Part shown: one piece after another, positions 26,857-39,671 of the stretch
Position numbering within the stretch: position 1 is the first letter of the stretch
Layout of the letters: each line of letters starts with the position of its first letter
Source: Octopus sinensis
Taxonomy: Eukaryota
Direction: 5' to 3'
DNA: 64,000 nucleotides
NCBI RefSeq assembly: GCF_006345805.1
Contig: NC_042999.1
Span: forward strand, 151,156,001-151,220,000
Made by a program: the position numbers and the translations under genes
The notes under the pieces: generated by a model
What the model was told of the DNA's origin: nothing
Databases searched by the model: none
What the model saw: only the letters and a program-made list of their open reading frames with translations

Positions 26857-27240
26857 ATGCAAGAAGACCAGAGATGATTACAGAGGATGAAATAAAGAAA
26901 TAGAAAGACTATAGATTTTGCAATTCCCTATGATAACAGAATCGATATTAAAGAGATTAGAAAACAATGAAAAATAACAGAATCTAGCCTGAAAGCTGAG
27001 AAGACCGTGGCAGACCAAGACAACAATTATTCCTATAGAAATTAGTGCACTTGGAACAACACCAAAAATGCTGCCTAAGAGACTGAAAGAAATTGAAATT
27101 GAAATTCGCATTGTCGACCAGCAGAAGAATGCCATCCTTTAGTCTACAAGAATCCCAAGGAAGATTCTTGAGATTTGAGGTAAAAGGTTATCGCCAAATC
27201 ACAATATAAAATACCTGCTGACTTAAGCAGCATGCACTGG
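26857..27240 (+). mobile_element. 5'-truncated R4/Dong-like fragment (REL domain + 3' UTR)
   Basis: Hand translation ARRPEMI..IDFAIPYDNRIDIKE..TTIIPIEISALGTTPK..RKILEI*. Flanked by (TAA)n on the left and (CAA/TGA/TAA)n on the right. Confidence 0.8.
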
Positions 27241-27269
27241 AGTAACAGATAACAACAACAACAACAATA

Positions 27270-27319
<50 letters not shown>

Positions 27320-27332
27320 AGTGATGAGGATG

Positions 27333-27408
<76 letters not shown>

Positions 27409-27429
27409 TAATAATAATGATAATAATAG

Positions 27430-28035
27430 TGAATGAAGATACACACACTTTATCGTGGCGGCGTTTGTATTCTTATTGTGCAAGGCTCTCACATCCACTT
27501 ACCAAGTGGGTCACATTTTCCACACTTTCCACAAAGTCTGCATTTCTGGGTGTCAGAAGTTTTATAGATGTTATACTTTACTGAATTGGTAGCGAGAACC
27601 TAGTCTTGCACAGCAATGCACAATGATTTTCAGACGGATTGTGTAATCGAACACCGTCGGCCGGATATTGTCATATTGAATAAGAGAGACAAATATTGTC
27701 AGATCATTGATGTAGCGATGAATGTTGCGAATAAAGAGGCTGAAAAAATCCCCAAGTACCCCGAATTGAAAGTGGAAATGGCAAGACTGTATGGAATGCA
27801 AGAGGGTAATGTGAAAGTGATACCAGTGGTGATCGGAGCACTAGGCTCAATCCCATTGAAACTTCAAGACTTCTTAAGGCAACTGGAAATCCCATGCAAG
27901 ATTGATGTCTTGCAAAAAACATCCTTATTGGGCACAGCGCACATCTTAAAGGAAAGTATTATGTGTCTGAGTTCCTTGTGACTTGATATATGACTAAAGA
28001 CTCCGGTACATTTTTACCTACACTGTATTATGAAG

Positions 28036-28037
<2 letters not shown>
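27430..28037 (+). mobile_element. R4/Dong-like insertion with inverted 5' segment
   Basis: 27616-27981 (+) encodes the REL domain DFQTDCVIEHRRPDIVIL..KIPKYPEL..VIPVVIGALG. ~27430-27625 is the upstream knuckle region on the - strand (AVQD*VLATNS..KCRLCGK / VENVTHLVSGC..EYKRRHDKV). (TAA)n on both sides. Confidence 0.85.
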
Positions 28038-28082
<45 letters not shown>

Positions 28083-28121
28083 TAATGATAATAATAATAA
28101 TAATAATAATAAAAAATAATA

Positions 28122-28157
<36 letters not shown>

Positions 28158-28159
<2 letters not shown>

Positions 28160-28692
28160 GAATAACAAGAGAAAAAAGATGGTATAGGCACACACCAGAA
28201 AAGGTCACAGAAAAAACAAGAAAGCAACCATACTCTGGGATATGCCGATACACACAGATAGAGAAATTAAGGCCAACAGACCAGATATAGTTGTCAAAGA
28301 TCATGAAGAAAAAAAATGCTTTCTAATGATGTATCAAACCGGCTGATGACAACGTGTCTCTAAAAGAAATGGAGAAACTCTCAAAATACAAAGACCTGGA
28401 AATAGAGGTAACCAGAATGTGGAATCTAAAAACAGAAACAATTCCTATCATAGTAGGTGCATTAGGCATGATAAAAAAATATTCAGTACAAATACATAAT
28501 AAAAACACCAAGACTAATAAATATATATAACATACAGAAAATTGCACTACTAGGCACTGCCACATCCTACGCAGAACACTTTCTATACAATAACCATCAT
28601 AGCATCACAACACAATCACAGCACATACCCAAGGCACACAGAGCTGCGCTCGGTAGTGAATTGAAAGCACGCTATAAAAATAAAACTACTGA
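28158..28692 (+). mobile_element. 5'-truncated R4/Dong-like fragment
   Basis: WYRHTPEKVTE..ILWDMPIHTDREIKANRPDIVVKD..KLSKYKDLEIE..IPIIVGALG, then a 3' UTR ending in (TAA)n. Embedded in a TAA array. Confidence 0.88.
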
Positions 28693-28706
28693 TAATAATA
28701 ATAATA

Positions 28707-28750
<44 letters not shown>

Positions 28751-28927
28751 GGAGAGGAGCGCCAGCCTTGACAGCGGCTGGACGTGTTCCTCACGTGTTC
28801 CTCACTGCTCTGACAATTCAATAGCCGAAAGCCATAGAAACACTAATATGACCCAGTTTAGCAACGGGGAAAAATAACTCTCAAAGACTGGAACATCTAC
28901 AATACCTCGTGAGTATTTAAAATTCTC

Positions 28928-29820
28928 TTCAAAATAAGTTGGGAAATTTAAAATTTACATATCTGCAGCTTTCAAACATACATCCGATCGGCTTTAAAAA
29001 CTTTAATACCCACAACTGCCTCTGTAAGCACCCTTTTTTTTTCTTCTCTCTAAAAACATCACGCTTTTCTTTTTTTGTGACTTGCAAAACCCTAAAACTT
29101 TCTATGAAACTTGTGACTTTCTTTCTTCTCTCTCTGAATTTCAAATATAAATGTAACATATACTTTTTATTGCAAAGACGCACCTGATCTTCTAGCTGGA
29201 CATACAAACATCTCTAGAAGGGTCAACTTCGGCCTCCACAATATTACCTTGCAAGAAGTGTACAAACACTTTTTATTGCAATAACACAAACGCACCTGAA
29301 AAGGGTAATGATGCTGAGATTCTCTCTGGTCGAGCACAACTTCTCTATTCACAAATAGTACAGAGCAGCCCTTCAAAATAAGTTGAGAAATTTACAAATT
29401 TACATATCTACAGTTTTCAATCATACATTCGACCAGATTTAGAAACTTTAATACCCACAATTGCCTATGTAAACATCCTTTTTTTCCTTCTCTCTAAAAA
29501 CATCACGCTTTTCTTTTTTGTGGACTTACAAAGCCCTAAAACTTTCAATGAAAATCTTACTTTTCTTTGCTTCCTCTCTGAATATTCAAATATAAATGTA
29601 AACATATACTTTTTATTGTAAAAACATACCTGTTCTTCTAACTGGACATACAAACATCTCTAGAAAAGTCAACCTCAACCTTCACAATATTACCTTACAC
29701 GAAATATACAAACACTTTTTATTGCAATAACACAAACGCACATGGAAAAAAAAATAATGATGCTAAGATTCTCTCTGGTCGGACACAACTTCTCTATTCA
29801 CAAACAATACAGAACTGCCC
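28928..29820. repeat. Diverged tandem duplication of a ~445 bp unit
   Basis: 28928-29371 and 29372-29820 are collinear (ttcaaaataagttg..acaga(g/a)c(a/t)gccc). Confidence 0.9.
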
Positions 29821-30204
29821 TTCCTTAATTTTTCTTAAGGCTAATAGTAGTAAACATTTGAACTTTTTTTGACCGATAGGACCCCACCTAAAAAAAAAAT
29901 CACTGATGGTGATGGTGATGATGGTGATGATAATGATGATAGTAATAGTGCTGATAATCTATTTATCTATCTACACACACACACGCACTCAAAGAGTTCA
30001 ACCAACACAAACCTCACCTCGGCTCTATTGTTAACCAAATATGAAAGTATTATTTGACAGGCAAGAACTCTGGCGTTGAAGACAGTCAGCCAGCCAACCA
30101 CCAAGCCAGCCAACGAGACAGACAGACACTACTGTGATGGTGATAATGATAAAAAAAAAATAACAATAATAAGATACTGCTGTGACTACACATAAAACAA
30201 TATC

Positions 30205-30249
<45 letters not shown>

Positions 30250-30334
30250 GTGATGGTGATGATGATAGTGATGATGGTGATGGTGGTGATAATGATGATA
30301 GTGATAATAATGGTGATGATAATAACAATAATAA

Positions 30335-33300
30335 GCCGACTACGGCTGCTATAATGGTACGATTATAATTGTAACGGCAATGATGGCCGTCTCCACACGA
30401 GCCAATCAAAGCTCAAAAATGATAACATTATCGTAGCACCAAAATGTTTTTGGAAACTAAAAGGAAAACTAAATCAGTATACCAAATCGCTTGTCCTATG
30501 GTTAATCTGGAAGCGCGTCCCCCAGGGAAGAGCCAGCCTGGGATCGAAAAGTCATCAACTGGCACAAACTCTTCTCCGAATACAGACATGGATGGTCACT
30601 TGAACGGGAAATCCCCCAACTCATGCCCTCCAAGTTCACCACCACAACCACCACAGAAAGAAAAATGTAAGCGGAACAAATGGACCCGAGAAGAGTATAA
30701 AGAAGTAATATACGCTTATTACTATGCATTAGGTAGGCCATCTCAAGAGAGACACACCGCAAACTCTTACAGTATATGGAGAACACGAAATCAAGACAGT
30801 AGGCCCTATTTGGACGAGAACAAATTAGCAAATGTGAGGAGGGATATCCTAAGAAATAACAGACTCACAGACAGTGAAATAAGCGCGATCAAACACGCAA
30901 CGGAAAATGACATAAATATAAGACACAAAGGAAATGAAGAATCAGATGAACAGTATAGCCCGCCACGAGGCTTAATTGAAAGACTGCCATCTGACCAAAG
31001 TACGCAAAGGCCTGAAGATACAAGAAATTCTATTGTACCTGTTAAAGATAGCCAGGAAAATGATAAAACAACAGTAACTGAAGATCTCGCATTTGCTGAA
31101 GAACACAGAGAGTCTACGGCAGAAATGAGGCAGAAAATCCTGAATACGCTTGAAGTTGTAAGACATACAAGTATGAATGATAGAGAACCACTTCATAAAC
31201 TCTCAAATACAAACCAAAATAAAAAACAAATCCAAATTGGCAACTATGTAACAAATGAAATAATACAAGAATTAAAACCTGATTTTACTGAGTTAAATGA
31301 AATTATTTACGCTTCTGCCAGGGCAATTGAAACCAGCTGTATGCCCCCGAAAAAACAAAGAAAACCAAACCTGGGAAGAAATCAAACCTGGAGAAGTAAA
31401 ATTGAAAAAGAGATTGAATTTTGAGAGGGGAAATATCAATATTAAATGAATAATATGTGGAAATGATGTAAGATCCAGAACAAGAAGAAAGATGAAGAGA
31501 AAATTTGGATCTCTCACCAAGAGAAGAACTGATATCAATAAAAGAAACGCTGAAACAAAAAGTCCAAGCAAAAGCCCAAAGAATACGAAGATTTGAGAAG
31601 AGAAACAAGTTTTACAAGCAAAATAAGCTATTCACATCCAATGCCAAAAAATTCTACAGAGAAATAGGGAAGGAGAAAGTAACCGTTAAAGACCCCCCTC
31701 CCATGGAAGAAGTTCAAAACTTTTGGAAAAGGATTTGGAGTGACAAGAAGACGTACAACATAAATGCAGACTGGATTATACAAACTGAAGGATCCTACCA
31801 AAATTTACAACAACAAGCATGGGAAGACATCACAATAGCAGACCTAAGAAAGGCACTCACGAAGGCCCATACTGGAAATCCCCGGTAAAGATGGGTGCCG
31901 AATTTCTGGCTCGCATCGCTCCCATGCGCACACGGTAAGCTAGTTCAGCTGCTCAATGGAATTATGAGAGACCCAAAGAAAACACCTGAATGGTTAGCAA
32001 GTGGTATTACTTACCTACTCCCAAAGAATAACGAAACCAACCTCCCAAAAAACTATCGGCCTATAACCTGTCTATCCACCACATATAAAATCCTAACATC
32101 TATCCTGGCGGAGAAAACATATGCATTCATGGAGAAGAACGATATTTTCCCCATTGAACAAAAAGGGTGCCGCCGAGGCTCTTACGGATGCAAAGATCAA
32201 CTGCTAATTAATCGTATGATCCTTGAGAACTGTCACAACAAGCGCAGAAATCTCAGCTCCGCATGGATTGACTATAAAAAGGCCTTCGACAGTATACCGC
32301 ATCCATGGATCTTGAGATCGCTGGACATCTTCAAAATTTCCCCTGTGATTTCAAGCTTCCTGAAGCACAATATGTCGTTGTGGAATACGAATCTCCAATT
32401 ATACCACTCTAATGGAGTACTTGCCTCAGAAATATAAACATCAACTGTGGAATTTTTCAAGGTGACTCACTTTCACCTTTAATATTCTGCATAGCCCTAA
32501 TACCCCTACAAGTGAATTAAACAGAACAGGGTATGGGTATAAAATTGCCAATAAAAAAATAAGCCATCTATTTTATATGGATGACTTAAAACTCTATGGT
32601 AAAGACAATAATGAACTTGAAGGCCTATTGCGCACTGTGAAAGCATTCAGCGATGACATCGGGATGGAGTTTGGACTTGAGAAGTGTGCCAAGGCCACTT
32701 TCCAGAAAGGGAAAGTGAAGACCACAAATTCAGTCGTGTTAGATGTTGACACAGTCATAAGAGAGCTTGAGCAAGAACAAACATACAAATATTTAGGGAT
32801 AAATGAAGGCTCTGGTATTCAGCATGCAAGCAAAAGAGAAGATCAGGAAGGAATGTTATAGGAGAGTTCGTGCAGTCCTGAAATCTGAACTAAATGCACG
32901 TAACAAGGTGTTAGCTATAAATTCCTTAGCAGTTCCAGTTGTTACTTATAGCTACAATGTGTTGAACTGGAATATGAGTGAAGTAAAGAATATAGATAGA
33001 AAATACGCAAGCTGCTGAGTTGTAATAGGATGCACCACCCAAAGGCAGACGTAGATCGCCTTTACCTTCCCAGAGCCCAAGGAGGTCGAGGCCTGATCCA
33101 TTTGAACTAGCTTACAAAACAACCACAATTGGACTGGCCAAATATCTCGAAATAACGAATGACTGGATGCTAAAGCCGTGGAAAATCACGAGAGACGAAA
33201 GAAGCTTCATTCTTTCATAAAGGAAAGCAAAAATTTGCTATTGATCTCGTGCAGGATACCCAAACTGAACAACCCGAGGGAAGTACGGCAACTATTGTTG

Positions 33301-34277
33301 CAAAGAAGGTAAAAATAATGGCAACGAAAAAAGCGCACGAGCAATTGGCTGATAGGTGGGAGGAGAAACCTCTGCACGGCAAATATGTGGCCCGCAGCAA
33401 AAAAGCTGATGTTGACCAGAAGCAAACCCATCAGTGGCTACGGAGCTCAGGGCTAAAAGCAGAGAGCGACGGTTTCATCCTGGCTGCTCAAGATCAAAGC
33501 CTATTAACCCGGAACTACCAGGCCAATGTGATGAAAAATGGAGCAGACCCAAACCGATTCTGCAACGACATGATTGAAACAGTGGACCACCTATCTCTGG
33601 ATGTAAAGTCTTAGCACCAGTGGAGTATAAATTAAGACATGACAGAGTTGGCCAATATCTACACTGGCTAATAAGTCGGCATCACAATATCAAAACTGCC
33701 GACAAGTGGTATAATCACCACCCTGAGGCTGTAACTGAAGGAGAAAATGTAACCATTCTGTGGGACTTTCCAGTACATACAGACCGAACCATCAAGGCCA
33801 ATAAACCAGATATTGTTGTGAAAGACCAAAACAATAAAGTTTGCTTATTGATCGACATGAGCATCCCCTGTGATCATAATATCTCAGCGAAAGAGTTTGA
33901 CAAAGACCTACTCATTGAAATTGAGAAAATGTGGCATCTCAAGGCGTTTACAATACCAGTGATCGTAGGAGCACTAGGAATGATCAAGAAGGGAACCGAA
34001 AATTATATGAGAATGATCCCTGGCTTACCATCCCTGCAAGAAGTGCAAAAGATTGTCTTAACTGGTACATCACACGTATTGAGAAGAGCATTGTCGATGT
34101 GAGAACTGTTGCTGCTCATGTATTTCAATATAACTTTAAAAAATTTTTTAAAAATGAACGAACTATTGAGTTTGGTTTAATGGCCTACCAATGTATACTA
34201 TGAGTTTCTTTGCCCTAGGAGTCGGGAAGACACTCGGCAAGAAATGGAAGCAAATTTGAAAGAAGAAAAAAAAGAAG
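30335..34277 (+). mobile_element. Near full-length R4/Dong-clade non-LTR retrotransposon (single ORF, RT + CCHC knuckle + REL endonuclease)
   Basis: RT motifs NYRPITCL, QKGCRRGSYGCKDQLLI, WIDYKKAFDSIPH, IFQGDSLSP, YMDDLKLY, YKYLGI. Also WLRSSGLKAESDGFILAAQDQ, HDRVGQYLHW and KPDIVVKD...LIDMSIP. Starts right after ...aataacaataataa and ends in an A-rich tail followed by (TAA)n(TGA)n. Confidence 0.92.
30444..34102 (+). pseudogene. Frameshifted RT-REL polyprotein ORF of the R4/Dong element
   Basis: ORF-track pieces 30444-31424, 31505-31888, 31895-32437, 32577-32861, 32803-33018, 33249-33614 and 33620-34102 are collinear domains of one protein joined by small frameshifts. N-terminal KRNKWTREEYKEV motif. 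Confidence 0.9.
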
Positions 34278-34324
34278 TAATAATAATAATAATGATGATG
34301 ATGATGATGCAGTACCAATTCCCG

Positions 34325-34882
34325 GATGCAGTACCAGACAGTGGCTCTCATGGCTTCTGATCTTAACTGATTGGAAGTGTTATCATGTACATTGTTTTGT
34401 CTTGGTATAAAAGATGGGCTACTGCAAATATTCTACTCAATACCACAGATTTGCTTGTCAGTTGTTTGACCTTAACCAGTTGACCATGTCCCTTAGTGGT
34501 TGACGATATGTGAATCTCTGACCACGAGCAGAAGTAGTGGGGGAGCATCATAGCCGTGTGTTGAAAAAATTCTTGGAGGTCTGGATAAGTTCCCTTTGAA
34601 AACATGGGTAGTTTGTTCAACATCCTTAAACAACCCTTATTCAGGGACCTTTTGAGCGGAATGGGCTACTCGACCAGAAGAAAATTCTAACTGTGCCCCA
34701 CTTGCAAGGTCATGCGCTGTTTATCTTGATATGAGATCACTATGTCGCGCACATATGGTTGTGATGCATGTGCCTGGTGTACCCTTATCAGACGGGTAGT
34801 CATGATATGTATACTGGCCTTCGTATATTTTACCCCATTGTCACTTTGATGCCATGCACTGCTCTCTCACTCAATAATGATA
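34325..34882. mobile_element. ~560 bp non-coding dispersed repeat in TAA/TGA microsatellite context (complete copy)
   Basis: Second copy at 36885-37243 starts at the same gatgcagtaccag motif. This copy ends ctcactc-aataatgataataat. Confidence 0.75.
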
Positions 34883-35081
34883 ATAATCCTTTCTAATATA
34901 GGCTCAAATCCTGAATTTTTGAGGCAGGGTACTAGTCGATGACACTGACCCCCAGTATCTACTGGTACTTATTTTATTGACCTCGAAAGGATAAAAGCAA
35001 AGTCGACCTCACCGGCATTTGAACTTATAACGTACAGACGGACAAAATGCGCTAAGCATTTTGTCATCTTATCCGGCATAC

Positions 35082-35122
<41 letters not shown>

Positions 35123-35225
35123 GCATAGATAGAGGGCAGATATATATATATATAGATAGATAGATAGATAGATATATATATATATAGATATATATATATA
35201 GATATATATATATATATATATATAT

Positions 35226-35300
<75 letters not shown>

Positions 35301-35436
35301 ACATTATGCTTCAGACAAAGTAATAATTATCAGGAAATATTTAATTCTGATCACGAACGCAACTGAAACGAGACCATTTTCCATGTTATTATTTCTTCTA
35401 ACGTACAGCGATTTGTATTCCTAAGATCAGATCAGC

Positions 35437-35558
35437 ATCATGATGATGATGATGATCATCATCATCATCACACCACCACCACCACATGCATCATCATCAT
35501 TATAATTATTGTCGCTGTTGTCGTTATCATCATCGTTATTATTATTTTTATTTGATTT

Positions 35559-35600
<42 letters not shown>

Positions 35601-36860
35601 GTTGCTGTTGCTATTATTATGCAGTTGTCCTTATCATCATCATCATCATCATCATCATCATATCATCATCATCATCATCATCATCATCGTCGTTGCTGTT
35701 GCTATTATTATGCAGTTGTCCTTATCATCATCATCATCATTGCCATCATTATCATCATCATCATCATCATGATCATCAACAACAACAGCACCACCACCAC
35801 CACCACAACCACCACCACCATAACCACCACCACCACCACCACCACCACCACCCCACCATCATCATCACCACTACCACCACCATCACCGCCACCATCATTT
35901 CTAAGTATTTATTTCAATGCTTGACATTTTCAAAATATGAAAATTGAGGTGATGGTAATCAGAAGAGTTTGATTCGGAGAATATCTTCTTCCTTTTCTTT
36001 TTTTGTTATTTGGTAATTTCTAATAATGTCTGTTTATTTCTATTTACGAATAAATGTGATGTGCCAACTTTTTTTGTTTTGTTGTGTTTTGTTTTCATAT
36101 TCGCTTCAGATTTTTATTTTCTTCTTTTCTAGTTTCATTAATTTAACAGTGAAATCTTATAAAAATATTCTCTCCTGTAGAGAAAGAGATAGAAAGAGAA
36201 AGAGAGAGTGAGTGAGTGACAGAGAGAGAGAGAGAGAGAGAGAGAGTGAGAGAGAGAGAGAGAGAAACCATTGATTATTCTAAATTCATTTAAAACATTT
36301 TTTTTTAAAATGGCTCTTGTAGGTTATTTTCATAAACTTCCCTTTTTTATCTGAGTTAAAGAAATTTGGTAGTGTTGATGCGCTTGTTGTTGCAGCTGTG
36401 ATGATGATGTTGATGATGGCGGTGGTGGTGGTGGTGATGGTGGTGGTGATGATTGTGGTGATGATGGTGGTGGTGGTGGTAGTTGTAGTGGTTATGGTGG
36501 TGGCGGTGGTGGTAGTGGTTATGGTGGTGGTGGTGGTGGTGGCTGTGGTGGTTATGTTGGTGGTAGTGACGGTTATAGTGGTGGTGATGATGGTAGTAAT
36601 GGTGTTGGTGGTTGTGGTAGTTATGGTGGTTGTGGTAGTTGTGGTGGTCATGGTGGTGGTGGTGGCGGTGGTGGTTGTGATGGTTATGTTGGCGGTGGTG
36701 ATGATAGTGGTCATGGTGGTGGTGGTTGTGGTGGTTGTGGTGGTTATGTTGATGGTGGTGGTGGTGCTGGTGGTTGTGGTGGTTATGGTGGCAGTGGTTG
36801 TTGTGGTGGTGATGGTGGTGGTTGTGGTGGTTGTGTTAGTGGTGGTGGTGGTGGTGGTAC
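35437..36860. repeat. Two compound trinucleotide arrays (CAT/CAC at 35437-35895; GGT/GAT at 36395-36860)
   Basis: Read directly from the sequence. Confidence 0.9.
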
Positions 36861-36884
36861 TGCATCTATTAGTAATAATAATAG

Positions 36885-37243
36885 ATGCAGTACCAGCAGT
36901 GGCTCTCATGGCTTCTGACCTTAACTGATTGGAAGTGTTATCATGTACATTGTTTTGTTTTGGTATAAAAGATGGGCTACAGCAAATATTCTGCTCAATA
37001 CCACAGATTTGCTTGACGGTTGTTTGAGCATGTCCTTTGGTGGCTGACGATATGTGCATCTCTGATCACAAACAGAAGTAGTGGGGGAGCATCATAACCA
37101 TGTGTTGAGAAGAATTTGGGGGGGTTTGGATAATTCACCTTTGGAAGCATGTGTGTTTCGTTCAATATCCTTAAACAACCCTTATTCAGGGACCTTTTGA
37201 GCGGGATGGCTACTCAACCTGCAGAAAATTCTAACTGGGCCCC
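36885..37243. mobile_element. Truncated second copy of the 34325-34882 repeat
   Basis: Collinear high similarity. Preceded by taataataata and cut off by a (CA)n tract. Confidence 0.8.
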
Positions 37244-37296
37244 ATACACACACACACACACACACAACACACACACACACACACACATACACACAC

Positions 37297-37339
<43 letters not shown>

Positions 37340-37686
37340 ACACACATATATATATATATATATACAAAATAATTTTTAAAGTCATCAAATAAGCTCACCA
37401 AGCATCATGAAATGTTTTGTAATGTCCTGTTTTGTCCTTTCTATGTAACTATTCATAATAAAGAATCATCTCTTGGGTACACCTCATCGACAGGAGTCAA
37501 AAATCTCGAAACATGGATGTCTGAGATTCCTAACAGATGGCAAGACTGAGCAAACTGGTGTTTTCACTCCTTTTTACCATATATATATATATATGTATTG
37601 ATTTTTGATTGATTCTAGTTTCAGCTAATGAGCTGTGGCCATGCTGGGGCACCATGTATATATATATATATTATTATATATATATA

Positions 37687-37732
<46 letters not shown>

Positions 37733-37750
37733 GTGTGTGTGTGTGTTGTG

Positions 37751-37818
<68 letters not shown>

Positions 37819-38035
37819 ATATATATATATATATAATATATATATATATTACAGATATAGAGTGAAATATGATTAATTTAATAAAATCAACAAATTTCAC
37901 CTAGTAGTATTTCGGTATGGAAAATGACCATATTCGGTAAAAATTTATATAATTGTAATAATAAGGGTTTTTTGCAACAAGTTGCTTAAACTGTGGTTTA
38001 AGCAACTTGTTGCAAAAATCCCTTATCATTACAAT

Positions 38036-38095
<60 letters not shown>

Positions 38096-38110
38096 TATAT
38101 ATGTATGTAT

Positions 38111-38145
<35 letters not shown>

Positions 38146-38528
38146 CTAGCAGTATCGCCCGGCGTTGCTCAGGTTTCTAAGGGAAATAACTATAAAGCAT
38201 TTTTAGAGAGTTATAGCCAAAAAATAGCAAAAATGGAAAAAAATTATGGTAAATTTTTTTTTGAGATTTAAAAAAGGTGGAGTTGCGTCCCCTAGACAGT
38301 TTGTGGTTTGTGTTTCCGATTCTCGACCCCATGTCGAATTTATCGATTTTTTTCAGAACTGGGGGAACTTTTCAAAATTTTCGCTGCGTTAGTTTTGAAT
38401 TATGACATTGGGCTATGTGTGTGTCAAGTTTCATCAGAATCGGTTGAAAGCCGTGGTCAGGGTGAGGGTACGAGAAAACAGACACACAGAAACACGCACA
38501 GACAAACTGCCGTTTATATAGAAAGAGA
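38146..38528 (-). mobile_element. Complete non-autonomous Helitron
   Basis: On the - strand it begins A|TC and ends with a GC-rich hairpin (cctgagcaacgccggg) then CTAG|T. Inserted in an AT dinucleotide with no TSD. Confidence 0.8.
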
Positions 38529-38534
38529 TATATA

Positions 38535-38905
38535 CTCTTTCATTTGTTTCAGTCATGTGACAGCGGCCATGCAGGAGCACCGACTTTGGTCGAAGAAATC
38601 GACCCAAGGACATATTCTTTGTAAGCTTAGTATTTATTCTATCGGTCCTTTTGCCGAACCGCTAAGTTACGGGGACGTAAATACACCAACAAGCGATGTG
38701 GGGCAACAAATTCAGACACACAAGCATATACATATACACATATGACGGGCTACTTTCAGTTTCAGTCTACCAAATCCACTCACAAGGCTTAGGTTGGCCC
38801 GAGGCTATAGTAGAAGACACTTGCCCAAGATGTCACGCAGTGGGACTGAACCCGGAGCCATGTGGTTGGTAAGCAAGCTACTTACCACTCAGCCATCCTG
38901 CGCCT
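38535..38905 (-). mobile_element. SINE family A
   Basis: Full-length alignment, abutting the Helitron. Confidence 0.85.
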
Positions 38906-39671
38906 TGTATATAAAGTTAAATTTGAAATTAAAATTAAGGTTTAAATAGACGTTAAAAAACAGTATCCAAACTTTGTTTCGGGTAAGTCACCTGCAGAGT
39001 ACGTTCACCACTTATGGCTTCCAGGCGTCCTCCGTGGTTCTGCACTTTCGTCGCTGGATCTACCTAAGGACTTTCTATGTACACGTTAAGAATATTCTAA
39101 ATGATTGATATGGAAGACGAGGTATAACTAGAAGCTATATTTAGCGCAGCGATTGCCTTGACTGCCTTCTACACTGCTCCCTAGTGGGTGGGGAACAATG
39201 TAATGACATCAGATGCATCTCGGAGTGCAAAGGAGCCTCATCATGTAATAGACTTCAAAAGTTATAAGATTTACATTTCGCTGCAAGCTCAATGATATTG
39301 ATATTATGGTGTGTTGTTAGTAGTTCACAGACATTAGTGAAGCAAAGATACTTGTGATTTGTATACAGGGAGTAATTGAAAAAAGAAGATACAAAGAATA
39401 CAATGTAAAGTGGGGGGAAATGTTTGTGGCATTGGATTGGATGGCTCTAAAGCGTGTGGGGGCCTTTGATGGCAGGTTATGGTAGTCAAGCGTGATGGCG
39501 CGTTCAAGAATTTGGTGGGGATGTGATTCTCGGCTTTAAACTTGGTAGCTGCTTAATTGCCCTATGGCTCGTATCAATATCGGAACATACACTGACTCAC
39601 GCCAACGCCTATTAGAATCATAAAAGTACACACTCACATACACACGCACATAAGCACGCATTTATATGCAC

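Noticed and set aside
38992-39063. 72 nt minus-strand exon candidate (VDPATKVQNHGGRLEAISGERTLQ)
   Set aside because: Weak acceptor and donor, no partner exons, no recognisable homology.
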